The notes under the pieces are model-generated. The model did not search any database, was not told where the DNA came from, and saw only the letters and a list, made by a program, of their open reading frames with translations. Shown in pieces: positions 1 to 9,955 of a DNA stretch of 64,000 nt. Each line of letters opens with the position of its first letter. The stretch's first letter is position 1. Source of the DNA: Candidatus Latescibacterota bacterium (GTDB lineage: Bacteria; Latescibacterota; UBA2968); the NCBI GenBank assembly GCA_965222605.1, contig OZ244960.1:5856001-5920000 (forward strand), given 5' to 3'. Both the position numbers and the translations under genes were made by a program.

Positions 1-289
1 GAACCACTTTCCCGCGCACCAGATCTATCACTTCCTGTAGCGTGGGAATGCGCTCTCCTTTGCCGGCGTCCAACCGCTTAACTTCCTCTAACGTAAAGTC
101 GGCGATCGCACCCTGTCCATCGGTCGTTCGATCCACGGTGGCATCGTGAATGACGACGAGGTGCTGATCGCGCGTGAGGTGCACATCAATCTCGACCTGA
201 TCGACGCTGAGATCTATCGCTTTTTGAATGGATAGTCGCGTATTTTCAGGTTCGAGTTCTGCTGCTCCCCGGTGTCCTGTAAGAATCAT
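1..289 (-). CDS. Glycerophosphodiester phosphodiesterase family protein (runs off left edge)
   Basis: Manual translation from ATG 289: MILTGHRGAAELEPENT...VEIDVHLTRDQHLVVIHDATVDRTTDG, the GDPD N-terminal motifs; AGAGG RBS upstream. Confidence 0.9.
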   Translation of the reverse strand, partial: MILTGHRGAAELEPENTRLSIQKAIDLSVDQVEIDVHLTRDQHLVVIHDATVDRTTDGQGAIADFTLEEVKRLDAGKGERIPTLQEVIDLVRGKVV

Positions 290-322
290 TTGAGTCCTCT
301 CTGTGGTAATGGTAAAGTAAAT

Positions 323-1138
323 CTATCCAATCTCGACCACCAGCCCATCTTCGCCCACCATGACTTCGCCGCCGTATTCTTTCCGAATCTGATCGCCCAT
401 GCGATGCACGGCTTGTAGATCACCCGTGATGTCTTCGATTACCAGATGCTTGATCATCACGCGTTTGACATTGGCCTCGGTTGCGATTTCCGCGATTTCT
501 GGGGGGGTAATATGCCACGATCCCCAGGGTTGGGTCGCCAAAAATTCAGCCGTGCCCGAACATTCTATGGATAATAAATCGGCATCTTGACAGAATGCTG
601 GGAATTCCGCATCGGGATTTCCGTCGCCTGTGATTATGACGCGGTGATCTTTTGTGCCGATGCGGTAGGCGAGTGTGGGGATGCCGCCGTGATCTGTGAA
701 TGTTGCGGACAGTTGAAAATCGTCCGTGGATAGAAATTCGCCTTTTTCTCCGATCTCAATGACTTCTGGATCGAGTACACTGTCGTCTTTTCCATGCCCA
801 ATCCGACTTTGAATATCCTGCTCAAAGGGCGGGCGAATTACATGTGATACAAAGTGTTTTGTACCGACGGGACCATAAATTTGCAAGGGTTTTTTGCGGA
901 CCTTTACCCAGCCGACAAATACGAGATAGGGGACATCGACGATGTGATCAAAGTGCAGGTGTGTCAAGAATAGCCGATCTACATTTTCGCAATTTACACC
1001 TGCACGCGCCAAATTTGTACACGCTGATCGACCGCAGTCAAACATCCAGTTTTCATTGCCGATTTGCAATAATTGCGATGGTCCACCGCGATTCGGGTTG
1101 TCTCGCACCGCACCACTGCCGAGCATGATATATCGCAT
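323..1138 (-). CDS. MBL-fold metallo-hydrolase (RNase Z/AtsA-like)
   Basis: LGSG, FDCG, THLHFDH (HxHxDH), ITGD and late His motifs; start reassigned to ATG 1138 behind GAGGA. Confidence 0.85.
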   Translation of the reverse strand: MRYIMLGSGAVRDNPNRGGPSQLLQIGNENWMFDCGRSACTNLARAGVNCENVDRLFLTHLHFDHIVDVPYLVFVGWVKVRKKPLQIYGPVGTKHFVSHVIRPPFEQDIQSRIGHGKDDSVLDPEVIEIGEKGEFLSTDDFQLSATFTDHGGIPTLAYRIGTKDHRVIITGDGNPDAEFPAFCQDADLLSIECSGTAEFLATQPWGSWHITPPEIAEIATEANVKRVMIKHLVIEDITGDLQAVHRMGDQIRKEYGGEVMVGEDGLVVEIG

Positions 1139-1149
1139 GATTAAATCCT

Positions 1150-2112
1150 CTATAACGGTCCGTTGACGGGAAATTCGGGTTTTTGTCCGTTGAGGACACG
1201 CACAATATCCGCTGCTACCATTGCCATTTTTTGTATCGATTCGGTCGAGTGGCCGGAATAATGGGGCGATAGAAGTACGTTGTCGAGTTCGCACAGGGGG
1301 TTGTCTGGCGTTGCGGGTTCTTGTTCAAAGACGTCGATGATTGCGCCGCCAATTTGTTTGTTTTTGAGTGCGGTTACGAGTGCCTGTTCGTCGATGACTG
1401 GCCCGCGGCTGCAATTGGCGATGATGGCGTGGGGTTGCATGCGGGCGAGTGTGTCGGCATTGATGAGGTGATGCGTGCTGTCGAGAAGGGGGACGTTGAG
1501 GCTGATATAGTCCGAGGTAGATAGGAGTTCGTCCAATTCTACGCGGCGCACATTCAGGCGGTTTTCTTCTTCTGTGGGTGCGGGAAATTCATCGGTGTAG
1601 ATGACGTTCATTCTGAAGCCGAGGGAGCAGATTTCCGCAAGGCGACGGCCTATGCGACCAAAGCCAATAATGCCCAGGGTTTTGCCGAGTAATTCTGGGG
1701 CGTGTACGCGATCTCGAAACGCCCAGTCGCCAGAGCGGGTCGCGGTATCGGCTTGACCAATTTTGCGCGGCAGGGCGATGAAGGACATAGCGAGATATTC
1801 GGCGACAGCTTCTACGGGTGCGCCGGGTGTATTGACGACATAAATACCGCGCTCGGTGGCGGCGTCAACGTCGATATTATCGACGCCAATGCCGTGGCGA
1901 CCTATGACTTTGAGACGCGGTGCGCGATCCATTACAGGTCCGTCAATAATGCCGCGCGCGCGTGCGAGAATGCCGTCGGCGTGTTTGACCGAGGCGATGA
2001 TTTGATCGGGTTCAAATCCTTTGGCCCAGAGGATATCGCAGTCGTTTTTGAGAAGGTGATCTTGTCCACAGGGATGTACGGGTTCAAAGAGTAGGATGTT
2101 GAATTTTGCCAC
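1150..2112 (-). CDS. D-isomer 2-hydroxyacid dehydrogenase (phosphoglycerate dehydrogenase-like)
   Basis: GIGVDNID, GIIGFGRIG Rossmann motif, NCSRG, DVFEQEP, SPHYSG. Confidence 0.9.
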   Translation of the reverse strand: MAKFNILLFEPVHPCGQDHLLKNDCDILWAKGFEPDQIIASVKHADGILARARGIIDGPVMDRAPRLKVIGRHGIGVDNIDVDAATERGIYVVNTPGAPVEAVAEYLAMSFIALPRKIGQADTATRSGDWAFRDRVHAPELLGKTLGIIGFGRIGRRLAEICSLGFRMNVIYTDEFPAPTEEENRLNVRRVELDELLSTSDYISLNVPLLDSTHHLINADTLARMQPHAIIANCSRGPVIDEQALVTALKNKQIGGAIIDVFEQEPATPDNPLCELDNVLLSPHYSGHSTESIQKMAMVAADIVRVLNGQKPEFPVNGPL

Positions 2113-2148
2113 AGTGTGTCCTTTCTATTGTTGTTTTTGTAAAAACAT

Positions 2149-2238
2149 AGTGTATATCCGGAGTGCGATTTTGTCAAGATGCGAGAATTTTATTTTTCTA
2201 TATTCTGTCTTGCTTCGTTTTTGGGTTTTGTATATATT
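2149..2238. promoter_or_regulatory. Divergent sigma70-type promoters
   Basis: Minus strand TTGACA(2177-2172)-N17-TACACT; plus strand TTGCTT(2210)-N17-TATATT(2233) ahead of the tRNA. Confidence 0.55.
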
Positions 2239-2254
2239 TTCCCTTCTATGAGGC

Positions 2255-2329
2255 GACCCCGTCGTTCAGTGGTTAGGACACCGGGTTTTCATCCCGGCAA
2301 CGGGGGTTCGATTCCCCTCGGGGTCGCCA
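2255..2329 (+). tRNA. trnE: tRNA-Glu(TTC)
   Basis: Acceptor stem GACCCCG/CGGGGTC, anticodon arm CCGGG-TTTTCAT-CCCGG, T-loop GGTTCGATTCC, encoded CCA. Confidence 0.97.
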
Positions 2330-2351
2330 TTAAAATTTAAGTGTATTATTC

Positions 2352-2381
2352 AGGGGTCGTGACTTCACGACCCTTATTTTA
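2352..2381 (+). terminator. Intrinsic terminator after tRNA-Glu
   Basis: GGGTCGTG-actt-CACGACCC followed by TTATTTT. Confidence 0.75.
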
Positions 2382-2465
2382 TTGGTGGATGAATGGGAGA
2401 TACGGGCTATATTGGGAAACGATTTGTTTATTGATCAGTAATCCCGAATAAAGAAAGGAGTTCTT

Positions 2466-3614
2466 TTGACAATTGCACCTCTTCTTTCACCCGATGCTTT
2501 TGAAGGTATTGAAGGCCTGACGCATCTGTGTACGGGGGGTGAATCCCCGTGGCTTAAAAGTCAGGCTGGGGTATATGCCGAGTTTGCCAAATTCAAGGGT
2601 GGGTCACACAAGGGCCGCGATAAAATTTACGACCGCGGAGAACGCTGTCGCAAGCGCATGGGGCAGCTCTGGAATGTGCCGGCCAATCGCATCGCGTTTA
2701 TGCCTTCTGCTGCCGAGGGCATGGGCTGGTTTTCGCGGGGGTTAGACTGGCAGCGCGGCGATAATGTCGTGACCAATAATCTCGAGTTTCCCTCTGTGGC
2801 GTATGCGTGGAAGCACCTGCGATCCAGAGGCGTTGAAGTCCGATTGGTACCGCACAGGCAGTGGCGGGTGCGCGAAGAGGACCTGCTCGCCGCTGTTGAT
2901 TTTCGCACGCGCGTTCTCGCAGTCAGCCATGTGGGGTTTTACACGGGGCAGTGTTTGAATTTGGCGCAACTCTCTGAGGGCGCGCGAAAAAAAGGCGCGT
3001 TATTTGCCGTTGATGCGACGCATTCTTCGGGGGTTTTGCGCGTGCCAGCGCAGTTGACAGATCTCACGGTGAGCAGCAGTTACAAATGGCTTTTGGCAAC
3101 GCATGGTACAGCCCCTTGTTATTTGAGCGAACGCGCAGAGGAGCAGGTTGCATCGACGTGTTTTGGCTGGCATAATCTCAAAGTGTGGCCCGAACAGACT
3201 GCCGAGCGCGATCCCGAGGTCGCCGAGCAACCCATGCCGGAAAAACTCGAACCCGGGAATCCGGCTATGCAGGTGATTATGCATCTGGATCACGCGCTGG
3301 GTGTGATTTTAGATATTGGTCCCGAGAAGATTGAAAATCACGCACGCGATTTGTCCGAATTGGTGTCTCGTGGTCTTGCGAAGTTGGGTTACGAGGTCAT
3401 TTCGCCAAGTAATCGAGAAGCGCGGTCGGGGAATACCTGTTTTGCGTGTGAAGATGGTCGCGAGATGGTCTATCGCCTTGAAGAGCGCAATGTTTTTTGC
3501 TGGGGCGAGTTTGGGCGGGTGCGCGTTTCTACGCATTTGTACAATAGTAGCGATGATGTGGCGCGATTGCTCGATGCGCTGAATGAAGTAATCCGCAGAA
3601 AAAAACGCGAGTGA
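2466..3614 (+). CDS. PLP-dependent aminotransferase class V
   Basis: LEFPSV, VDATHS, SSYKWL (PLP lysine), RVSTHLYN; AAGGAG RBS before TTG. Confidence 0.88.
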   Translation: MTIAPLLSPDAFEGIEGLTHLCTGGESPWLKSQAGVYAEFAKFKGGSHKGRDKIYDRGERCRKRMGQLWNVPANRIAFMPSAAEGMGWFSRGLDWQRGDNVVTNNLEFPSVAYAWKHLRSRGVEVRLVPHRQWRVREEDLLAAVDFRTRVLAVSHVGFYTGQCLNLAQLSEGARKKGALFAVDATHSSGVLRVPAQLTDLTVSSSYKWLLATHGTAPCYLSERAEEQVASTCFGWHNLKVWPEQTAERDPEVAEQPMPEKLEPGNPAMQVIMHLDHALGVILDIGPEKIENHARDLSELVSRGLAKLGYEVISPSNREARSGNTCFACEDGREMVYRLEERNVFCWGEFGRVRVSTHLYNSSDDVARLLDALNEVIRRKKRE

Positions 3615-3616
3615 GC

Positions 3617-3650
3617 GGTGTACAACTGGCCGCCTCTCAGGCCAGTTCAT
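3617..3650 (+). repeat. Dispersed palindromic repeat, GTACAACTG-N-CAGTTCA family, copy 1
   Basis: Reverse complement matches 21411-21444 almost exactly; related copies at 14658 and 21462. Confidence 0.8.
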
Positions 3651-3685
3651 TTGAGCGTTTTTCGCAGATGGTCGCAGATAAAAAT

Positions 3686-3710
3686 GTAGGGGCGGGTTTC
3701 GAACCCACCC
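3686..3710 (+). repeat. GTAG-family REP element
   Basis: GTAG followed by imperfect palindrome GGGCGGGTTTCGAACCCACCC. Confidence 0.65.
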
Positions 3711-3733
3711 GTTTTTAAGAAAGGATGTTAGCC

Positions 3734-4564
3734 ATGATGAAATTGGGATGTATGTCTCTGAGTTACAAAGATCAGTTCAGTGCTGGCGAAATCGATATGG
3801 CGGGGTTTATCGACAAGGCGTATGATCTGCGCCTGGATGGGATTGATATTCACACGCGCGCGTTTGAATCTGAAGACCCAGCTTATTTGCGAGATATTCG
3901 CATGCGCTGTCTCAGGCGCGGTCTGGCGATTTCGTATCTCGGTGTGAGCAATGATTTTGGCAGGCCCCAGGAAGAATTGCAGGAGGTGATAGATAGTGTC
4001 AAGCACTGGGTCGATGTTGCGGAGTTTATGGGTGTGCCACTCGTGCGGATTTTTGCGGCGTGGAATCGCAATGAAGAGCCTGAAGAACAGGTGTGGGATC
4101 GCATGATTCCCTGTATGCAGGAGGTCGCGGCATACGGGCAACAAAAGGGCATTGTTCTGGGCTTACACAATCACAATCACGGGTGTGTTACGCGCACGGG
4201 TAAAGACGTGCGTCGAATTCTCGAGATGGTCGATAATCCCTATTTGTCCCATATTCTCGACACAGGGCAATATGTCGGATCGCCGGGGTCGAGTGGTCAG
4301 CGCGGGACAGAAGATCCGGCATTGAATTTCTATGGGAGTATTGCAGAAACAGCCCCTCTTGCCGTGCATGTTCGCGCAAAGGTCTATCGCATCAGTACAG
4401 GAGAAGAGGTCTGGCTGAATTATCCGCGCATTTTTGAGATTTTGAATGGGGTGAATTACAATGGGTGGGTATCGATCGTGTATGAAGGACAGGATGAAGA
4501 GGCTGAAGAGACGGCGGTTCCCAAAGCCGTGAATTATCTGCGGCAATTTGTGCCGGGTGGGTGA
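3734..4564 (+). CDS. Sugar phosphate isomerase/epimerase (AP endonuclease 2 TIM barrel)
   Basis: LVRIF, GLHNHNHG, LDTGQ, HVRAK, YNGWVSIVYE; start 3734 or 3737 behind GAAAGGA. Confidence 0.82.
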   Translation: MMKLGCMSLSYKDQFSAGEIDMAGFIDKAYDLRLDGIDIHTRAFESEDPAYLRDIRMRCLRRGLAISYLGVSNDFGRPQEELQEVIDSVKHWVDVAEFMGVPLVRIFAAWNRNEEPEEQVWDRMIPCMQEVAAYGQQKGIVLGLHNHNHGCVTRTGKDVRRILEMVDNPYLSHILDTGQYVGSPGSSGQRGTEDPALNFYGSIAETAPLAVHVRAKVYRISTGEEVWLNYPRIFEILNGVNYNGWVSIVYEGQDEEAEETAVPKAVNYLRQFVPGG

Positions 4565-4665
4565 GGGGATGGCAGTGAGGTGCAGTCGGACTTTGAGGCC
4601 AAAGTGGAAGCGATAACGCGCTGATGGCCTGGCGTGCCGAAGTTTGCAAAAGGGGAGTGATGATC

Positions 4666-6429
4666 ATGCCCTGGGATAGCGATAGATTGTTGCAGCAAAT
4701 CGAACTTGGCGAGGACAGCCGCGTCGAGTTCAAGGAAGTTGTGTTTGCTGGTGGTCGCGTGCGGGCACCGCGTCGGGAAACCATCGCCGATGAATTGGCT
4801 GCTTTTGGCAACACCATCGGTGGCACATTGATCTTCAGTGTGTCAGACGCTGGTGAGGTGTGGTCGATGAACCGAAAACAAATGGATGCGTTGGAAGCCT
4901 TCGTCAGCGAGAATTGTTCGGACAGCATCCGTCCTCCGTTGGCGTTCGTCACCCAACGGCTGGCCTTGCCAGACGGTTCGTTCGCGTTGGTCGTCGAAGT
5001 CGAACAGAGTGCGTTGGTACACAAGAGCTCCGGGGGATATCTTTCCCGGCAGGGTAGCACCAGGCGAGAGTTGTCGTCGGAAGCATTGCACCGCCTGTTT
5101 CAACAGCGGGGGCGTTCTGGCCTTCTTGGCCCTGACGAAGCGATTGTCGCTGGGACAGGGGCCAATACGCTCGATGCGACGCTTGTGGACCGTTTCTTAA
5201 GTTCGCGTGCCACTGAGTCCACCGCGGCACAACTCGCAAAGCTGGGACTGGTGCGGGAGGATGACAACGGTGTGACCCGCGCAACAGTCGCCGGGGTGCT
5301 GCTTTGCACGATACGCCCGGATGAACACATACGCGGTGCGGTGATCGAAGCCGTTCGCTATCGCGGCACGGTACTCGGTCGTGCGAGCCAGCACGACGCG
5401 GCGTCAATTACTGGTCCATTGGATCGGCAGATCCGCGACGCCGTCAATTTCGCCAGGCTCAACACGCGGGTGGCGGCGCGCAAGGACCCCGGACGGGTGG
5501 AGGTCCCGCAATTCAGTCCGCGGGCGGTGTTCGAGGCCATCGTCAACGCCGTGGTCCACCGCGACTACTCAATGGAGAATACGAAGATACGGCTCTTTAT
5601 CTTCGACGATAGACTTGAGTTATGCTCTCCGGGTGCCCTGCCCAATACGCTGCCTATCGAAGCCATGCGAAATCGACAAGCCACCCGCAACGAAACGCTC
5701 GCGTCCGTCTTCCGTATGCTTGCAGTAGGGGATATCGTCGGTGCTGGCGACCAGCAGTACTTTTTGGAGCTACGCGGCGAAGGCGTTCCGATCATCTATG
5801 AGCAGACGCGGGATCTGACAGGGCACGACCCGAACTACGAACTGATCGGTGGCGCAGAACTGCGACTGACGATACCGTCCGCTCGTCCACCGGTAACGGG
5901 CATTGAAGGTGAAGTATCCGTATCTGCCGCGGGTCGGCCACTCGCGGGTGCAAAGGTCGTTGTGCTGTATCCCAACAAGACCTGGATGGAGGGGGAGACC
6001 GATACGTTTGGCCGGGTCGGTTTCGAGTTTCACTCGGAACTCCCCATCACCGTTTTTTGTGCGGCATCGGGGCACACAGCCCATGTGGAGCGGAATTGGT
6101 ACCCGCCAGAACTGCTCTCTGTACAGCTTGAGACGCTGCCAATGGGAGGATCAGAGATTTTCACGGAAGGAACAGGTCATTTGCCCGATTTGACCGGGCG
6201 ACTAAATCCGATCCTCGACGATCTAGACCGCATGTATCTTTACGCGATTAACGTCGCTATTGATGAAGGCAAGCAGCAACCCGTTTATTTCAAACTGAAT
6301 CAGCCCTTGCGGCTTACCGATGCCAACGGTTTTGAATGGGTCGTGCGGTTTGTTGAGATGATCGGAAGGTCGGCACTGCTGGAATACGAGTCCCCGGGCC
6401 AAAGACGGAGGACCAATGAACAGAGATGA
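4666..6429 (+). CDS. Schlafen/AlbA_2 domain + HATPase_c_4 (RecG-C-like) protein with C-terminal beta-sandwich extension
   Basis: GEDSRVEFKE...AAFGNTIGGTLIFSVSD (AlbA_2); EAIVNAVVHRDYS...DRLELCSPG...RNETLA (HATPase_c_4); tail GRPLAGAKV...GETDTFG resembles a carboxypeptidase-regulatory-like fold. Confidence 0.82.
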   Translation: MPWDSDRLLQQIELGEDSRVEFKEVVFAGGRVRAPRRETIADELAAFGNTIGGTLIFSVSDAGEVWSMNRKQMDALEAFVSENCSDSIRPPLAFVTQRLALPDGSFALVVEVEQSALVHKSSGGYLSRQGSTRRELSSEALHRLFQQRGRSGLLGPDEAIVAGTGANTLDATLVDRFLSSRATESTAAQLAKLGLVREDDNGVTRATVAGVLLCTIRPDEHIRGAVIEAVRYRGTVLGRASQHDAASITGPLDRQIRDAVNFARLNTRVAARKDPGRVEVPQFSPRAVFEAIVNAVVHRDYSMENTKIRLFIFDDRLELCSPGALPNTLPIEAMRNRQATRNETLASVFRMLAVGDIVGAGDQQYFLELRGEGVPIIYEQTRDLTGHDPNYELIGGAELRLTIPSARPPVTGIEGEVSVSAAGRPLAGAKVVVLYPNKTWMEGETDTFGRVGFEFHSELPITVFCAASGHTAHVERNWYPPELLSVQLETLPMGGSEIFTEGTGHLPDLTGRLNPILDDLDRMYLYAINVAIDEGKQQPVYFKLNQPLRLTDANGFEWVVRFVEMIGRSALLEYESPGQRRRTNEQR

Positions 6430-6470
6430 GGTTCTGTATGTCATGAGTATTTTTTACGAGGTACATCGTT

Positions 6471-9400
6471 TTGAATAATGCATTTTTCGAAAAGCCTGTC
6501 CTCAACTCGCCTTATGAGCGGCCTAACCTACATTGGGAACTGGATGGGGCAAGACAGCCAACCCAGAAAATCATCGAAAGCCGAAGGCAGGTCTCATTCA
6601 TCACGGCGGTCCCGACATCGAAGAAGCAAAGGGGATCATCCTTGAATCAAGCCTCTCTTGTGTTCGACAAGGCCGCGAGGGAGCTTGAGACCGATAATCA
6701 GCAATACGAGTTGATGCAGACTATCAATGGTGTTCGCCGACAGATTGACCGGTGGCGCGAGCTACCGAACCCGAACCAATGGCGTGTGACCGCGGAGACT
6801 GCCCGCTTGCTTCGGCACTGGCGGCACCACCAATTCAGTGGTATTCGCCCCTTTTTCTGCCAGGTGGAAGCAGTAGAAACCGCAATATGGCTCACTGAGG
6901 TTGCGCCGAACATAGGGCAGGTGGGTAGGGGATTCCTCGACCATCTGGAAAACGCTAATAACGACGCCAATCCAGATTTGTCGCGATTGGCACTCAAGTT
7001 GGCGACAGGCGCAGGGAAGACCACTGTGATGGCGATGTTGATCGCCTGGCAGACCATCAATGCGGTCCGCCGACCCCAGAGCCGCAGGTTCACGCGCGGC
7101 TTTCTGGTGGTTACGCCCGGTATTACCATTAAGGATCGCTTGCGCGTGTTGCAGCCGAATGATCCGGATAGCTATTATCAGAGCCGCGAGTTGGTGCCGA
7201 GTGACATGCTTCCCGATCTGGAAAAGGCAAAAATTGTTATCACCAACTACCACGCCTTCAAGTTGCGCGAACGCATGGAATTATCCAGAGGCGGGCGTTC
7301 CTTGCTTCAAGGACGGGGCGATGCACTAACGACCCTGGAGACCGAGGGACAGATGCTGCAACGGGTGATGCCCGAACTCATGGGCATGAAGAATGTCATG
7401 GTTCTCAACGATGAGGCGCACCACTGCTATCGGGAGAAGCCGGGTGAGCAGGAAGAAGGCAGGCTTACGGGAGACGATAGGCAGGAAGCTAAAAAGAATG
7501 CGGAAGCTGCGCGGCTATGGATTTCCGGGCTTGAAACGGTGGGTAAAAAGCTCGGTATTAACCGGGTGATGGATCTTTCTGCGACGCCTTTCTTTTTGCG
7601 CGGGTCGGGTTATCGCGAAGGAACATTGTTTCCCTGGACGATGTGCGACTTCTCGCTGATGGACGCCATCGAATGCGGCATTGTCAAACTGCCCCGGGTA
7701 CCGGTGGCGGACAATATCCCCGGTGGCGATATGCCGAAGTTCCGCAATCTCTGGGAACACATCCGCACCCGCATGCCGAAGAGGGGACGGGGTAAGTCCA
7801 AACATCTCGATCCTTTGAGTTTGCCCGTAGAGCTACAAACTGCACTGGAGGCTTTGTACGGGCATTACGAAAAGACCTTCGCGCTTATGGATGAGGCTGG
7901 TATTAGTGTTCCGCCGTGCTTTATAGTGGTCTGTAATAATACCTCGACTTCCAAGCTGGTTTACGATTATATTTCTGGCTTCCACCGCGAAAACGATGAT
8001 GGCTCAACGACGTTTGAAAACGGGCGTCTTGGGTTGTTCCGCAACTTTGACGAATATGGCAACCCGTATCCACTGCCTCGCACCTTGTTGATCGATAGCC
8101 ATCAACTGGAGTCTGGTGATGCACTGGATAGTAACTTCCGCAAGATAGCCGCTGAGGAGATCGATCGTTTCCGACGGGATCGCATCACGCGCACGGGCGA
8201 CCGCGAGCAGGCTGAGAAGATCACCGACCAGGAGCTTCTCCGCGAGGTTATGAATACCGTTGGCAAACCCGATCAACTGGGGGCTTCGATTCGCTGTGTT
8301 GTGTCGGTATCAATGCTCACTGAAGGATGGGACGCGAATACGGTCAGCCATGTACTCGGCGTTCGCGCGTTTGGAACGCAGTTGCTATGCGAACAAGTCG
8401 TTGGTCGCGCGTTGCGGCGGCAATCTTATGATCTCAACGATGATGGTCTGTTCGATGTCGAGTACGCAGATGTATTGGGGATCCCCTTTGATTTTACGGC
8501 GAAGCCTGTTTCAGTGTCACCTCGGCCGCCGCGGGAAACTGTGCAGGTGAGGGCCGTGCGCCCCGAAAGGGATGAACTCGAGATTTATTTTCCGCGGGTA
8601 GCTGGGTACCGGGTGGAATTGCCCGAAGAGAGGCTCACTGCGGAGTTCAACGAGGATTCAGTGCTGGAACTCACGCCGGATATGATTGGGCCGTCGCATA
8701 CGACGAATCAGGGGATTATTGGCGAGGGTGTCGATCTCAATCTGGTTCACACAGGCGATCTTCGTCCTTCGACCCTTCTCTTTCACCTCACCCGTCGGTT
8801 GCTTTATACGAAGTGGCGCGATCCGGATGAGGATCCGAAGATGCATCTCTTTGGACAACTCAAGAGCATCACCAAACAATGGCTTGATGGTTGTCTTGTT
8901 TGTAAAGGTGGCACGTATCCCGCGCAACTTATGTATCAGGCACTGGCTGACATAGCCTGCGAGCGCATCACGGCTGCCATCACGCGAGCAAAAATCGATA
9001 GTCGTCCTGTCAAAGCGGTGCTCGATCCGTATAACCCTATCGGTTCCACCGCGCATGTCAACTTCAACACGTCTAAGACCAGTCGCTGGGAGACCGACGC
9101 CCGCCGTTGCCATATCAATTGGGTTGTCCTCGATAGCGATTGGGAAGCAGAGTTTTGCCGCGTGGTCGAAGCTCATCCTCGTGTCAGAGCGTATGTGAAG
9201 AACCACAATCTGGGGTTGGAAGTACCTTACCGCTACGGCTCTGAAACGCGGACGTATATCCCGGACTTTATTGTTCTGATTGATGATGGCCGTGGCGACG
9301 ACGATCTCTTGCATCTCATCGTTGAGATCAAAGGCTATCGCAGAGAGGATGCCAAAGAGAAGAAGACGACTATGGACACCTATTGGGTACCCGGTGTGAA

Positions 9401-9539
9401 TAATCATGGTCGCTATGGTCGTTGGGCCTTTGCCGAGTTCACAGACGTCTATGAGATAGAGTCGGAATTTGAGGCCAAAATGGAGGCGGTATTTGATGAG
9501 ATGATTGAACAAAACGCCGCGCATTGCGTTTCTATGTGA
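6471..9539 (+). CDS. res: Type III restriction enzyme Res subunit (SF2 helicase + PD-(D/E)XK nuclease)
   Basis: LATGAGKT, DEAHH, LSATP, MLTEGWD, EQVVGRALR, C-terminal YIPDF...VEIKG. Confidence 0.92.
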   Translation: MNNAFFEKPVLNSPYERPNLHWELDGARQPTQKIIESRRQVSFITAVPTSKKQRGSSLNQASLVFDKAARELETDNQQYELMQTINGVRRQIDRWRELPNPNQWRVTAETARLLRHWRHHQFSGIRPFFCQVEAVETAIWLTEVAPNIGQVGRGFLDHLENANNDANPDLSRLALKLATGAGKTTVMAMLIAWQTINAVRRPQSRRFTRGFLVVTPGITIKDRLRVLQPNDPDSYYQSRELVPSDMLPDLEKAKIVITNYHAFKLRERMELSRGGRSLLQGRGDALTTLETEGQMLQRVMPELMGMKNVMVLNDEAHHCYREKPGEQEEGRLTGDDRQEAKKNAEAARLWISGLETVGKKLGINRVMDLSATPFFLRGSGYREGTLFPWTMCDFSLMDAIECGIVKLPRVPVADNIPGGDMPKFRNLWEHIRTRMPKRGRGKSKHLDPLSLPVELQTALEALYGHYEKTFALMDEAGISVPPCFIVVCNNTSTSKLVYDYISGFHRENDDGSTTFENGRLGLFRNFDEYGNPYPLPRTLLIDSHQLESGDALDSNFRKIAAEEIDRFRRDRITRTGDREQAEKITDQELLREVMNTVGKPDQLGASIRCVVSVSMLTEGWDANTVSHVLGVRAFGTQLLCEQVVGRALRRQSYDLNDDGLFDVEYADVLGIPFDFTAKPVSVSPRPPRETVQVRAVRPERDELEIYFPRVAGYRVELPEERLTAEFNEDSVLELTPDMIGPSHTTNQGIIGEGVDLNLVHTGDLRPSTLLFHLTRRLLYTKWRDPDEDPKMHLFGQLKSITKQWLDGCLVCKGGTYPAQLMYQALADIACERITAAITRAKIDSRPVKAVLDPYNPIGSTAHVNFNTSKTSRWETDARRCHINWVVLDSDWEAEFCRVVEAHPRVRAYVKNHNLGLEVPYRYGSETRTYIPDFIVLIDDGRGDDDLLHLIVEIKGYRREDAKEKKTTMDTYWVPGVNNHGRYGRWAFAEFTDVYEIESEFEAKMEAVFDEMIEQNAAHCVSM

Positions 9540-9554
9540 CCGATTGAGGAATCC

Positions 9555-9723
9555 ATGAGAGAGAAAGTTTATATTGAAACGACAGTGATTAGCTATCTGA
9601 CTGCTTGGCGAAGTCCACAACTCTTGATGGCAGCACATCAAGAAGCAACGCGAATTTGGTGGGACGAACAGAAAAATAGATTCGACCGTTCTTTGTACCC
9701 CTCTCGAATTGATTGAGGAATAA
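9555..9723 (+). pseudogene. PIN-domain (VapC-like) toxin with internal deletion and frameshift
   Basis: MREKVYIETTVISYL...TRIWWD...RFD (PIN N-terminus) joined out of frame at about 9687 to VLCTPLELIEE* (typical C-terminus); the middle of the domain is absent. Confidence 0.8.
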
Positions 9724-9727
9724 GCTC

Positions 9728-9904
9728 ATGCGACCAGACCCAATCGTAGAAGAAGTTCGTAAAATACGCGATGCGTATGCTAAGCATTTCAATTATGACC
9801 TGGATGCGATTTGCCGAGATTTACAAGAGAAACAGAGGCTGGGCAAAAGAAGAGTGGTTTCTTTGCCGCCCAAACGCCCGAGAAAAATGAACGGCAACGG
9901 TTAG
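9728..9904 (+). CDS. Small putative antitoxin partner of the PIN toxin
   Basis: DPIVEEVRKIRDAYAKHFNYDLDAICRDL, a pattern typical of small genes paired with this PIN family; directly follows the toxin remnant. Confidence 0.7.
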   Translation: MRPDPIVEEVRKIRDAYAKHFNYDLDAICRDLQEKQRLGKRRVVSLPPKRPRKMNGNG

Positions 9905-9955
9905 AAGCTGTTTTTAAACTCATTCTGTTCCCATCCCTGCCTATGACCAGGATAC

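Noticed and set aside
2255-2329. tRNA-Glu as integration site of the defence island
   Set aside because: No duplicated tRNA 3' end or integrase seen, and two metabolic genes lie between it and the island.
8658-9641. Long antisense ORFs (also 35832-36668, 57658-58500, 61413-62183)
   Set aside because: They shadow well-supported genes on the opposite strand and show no motifs.
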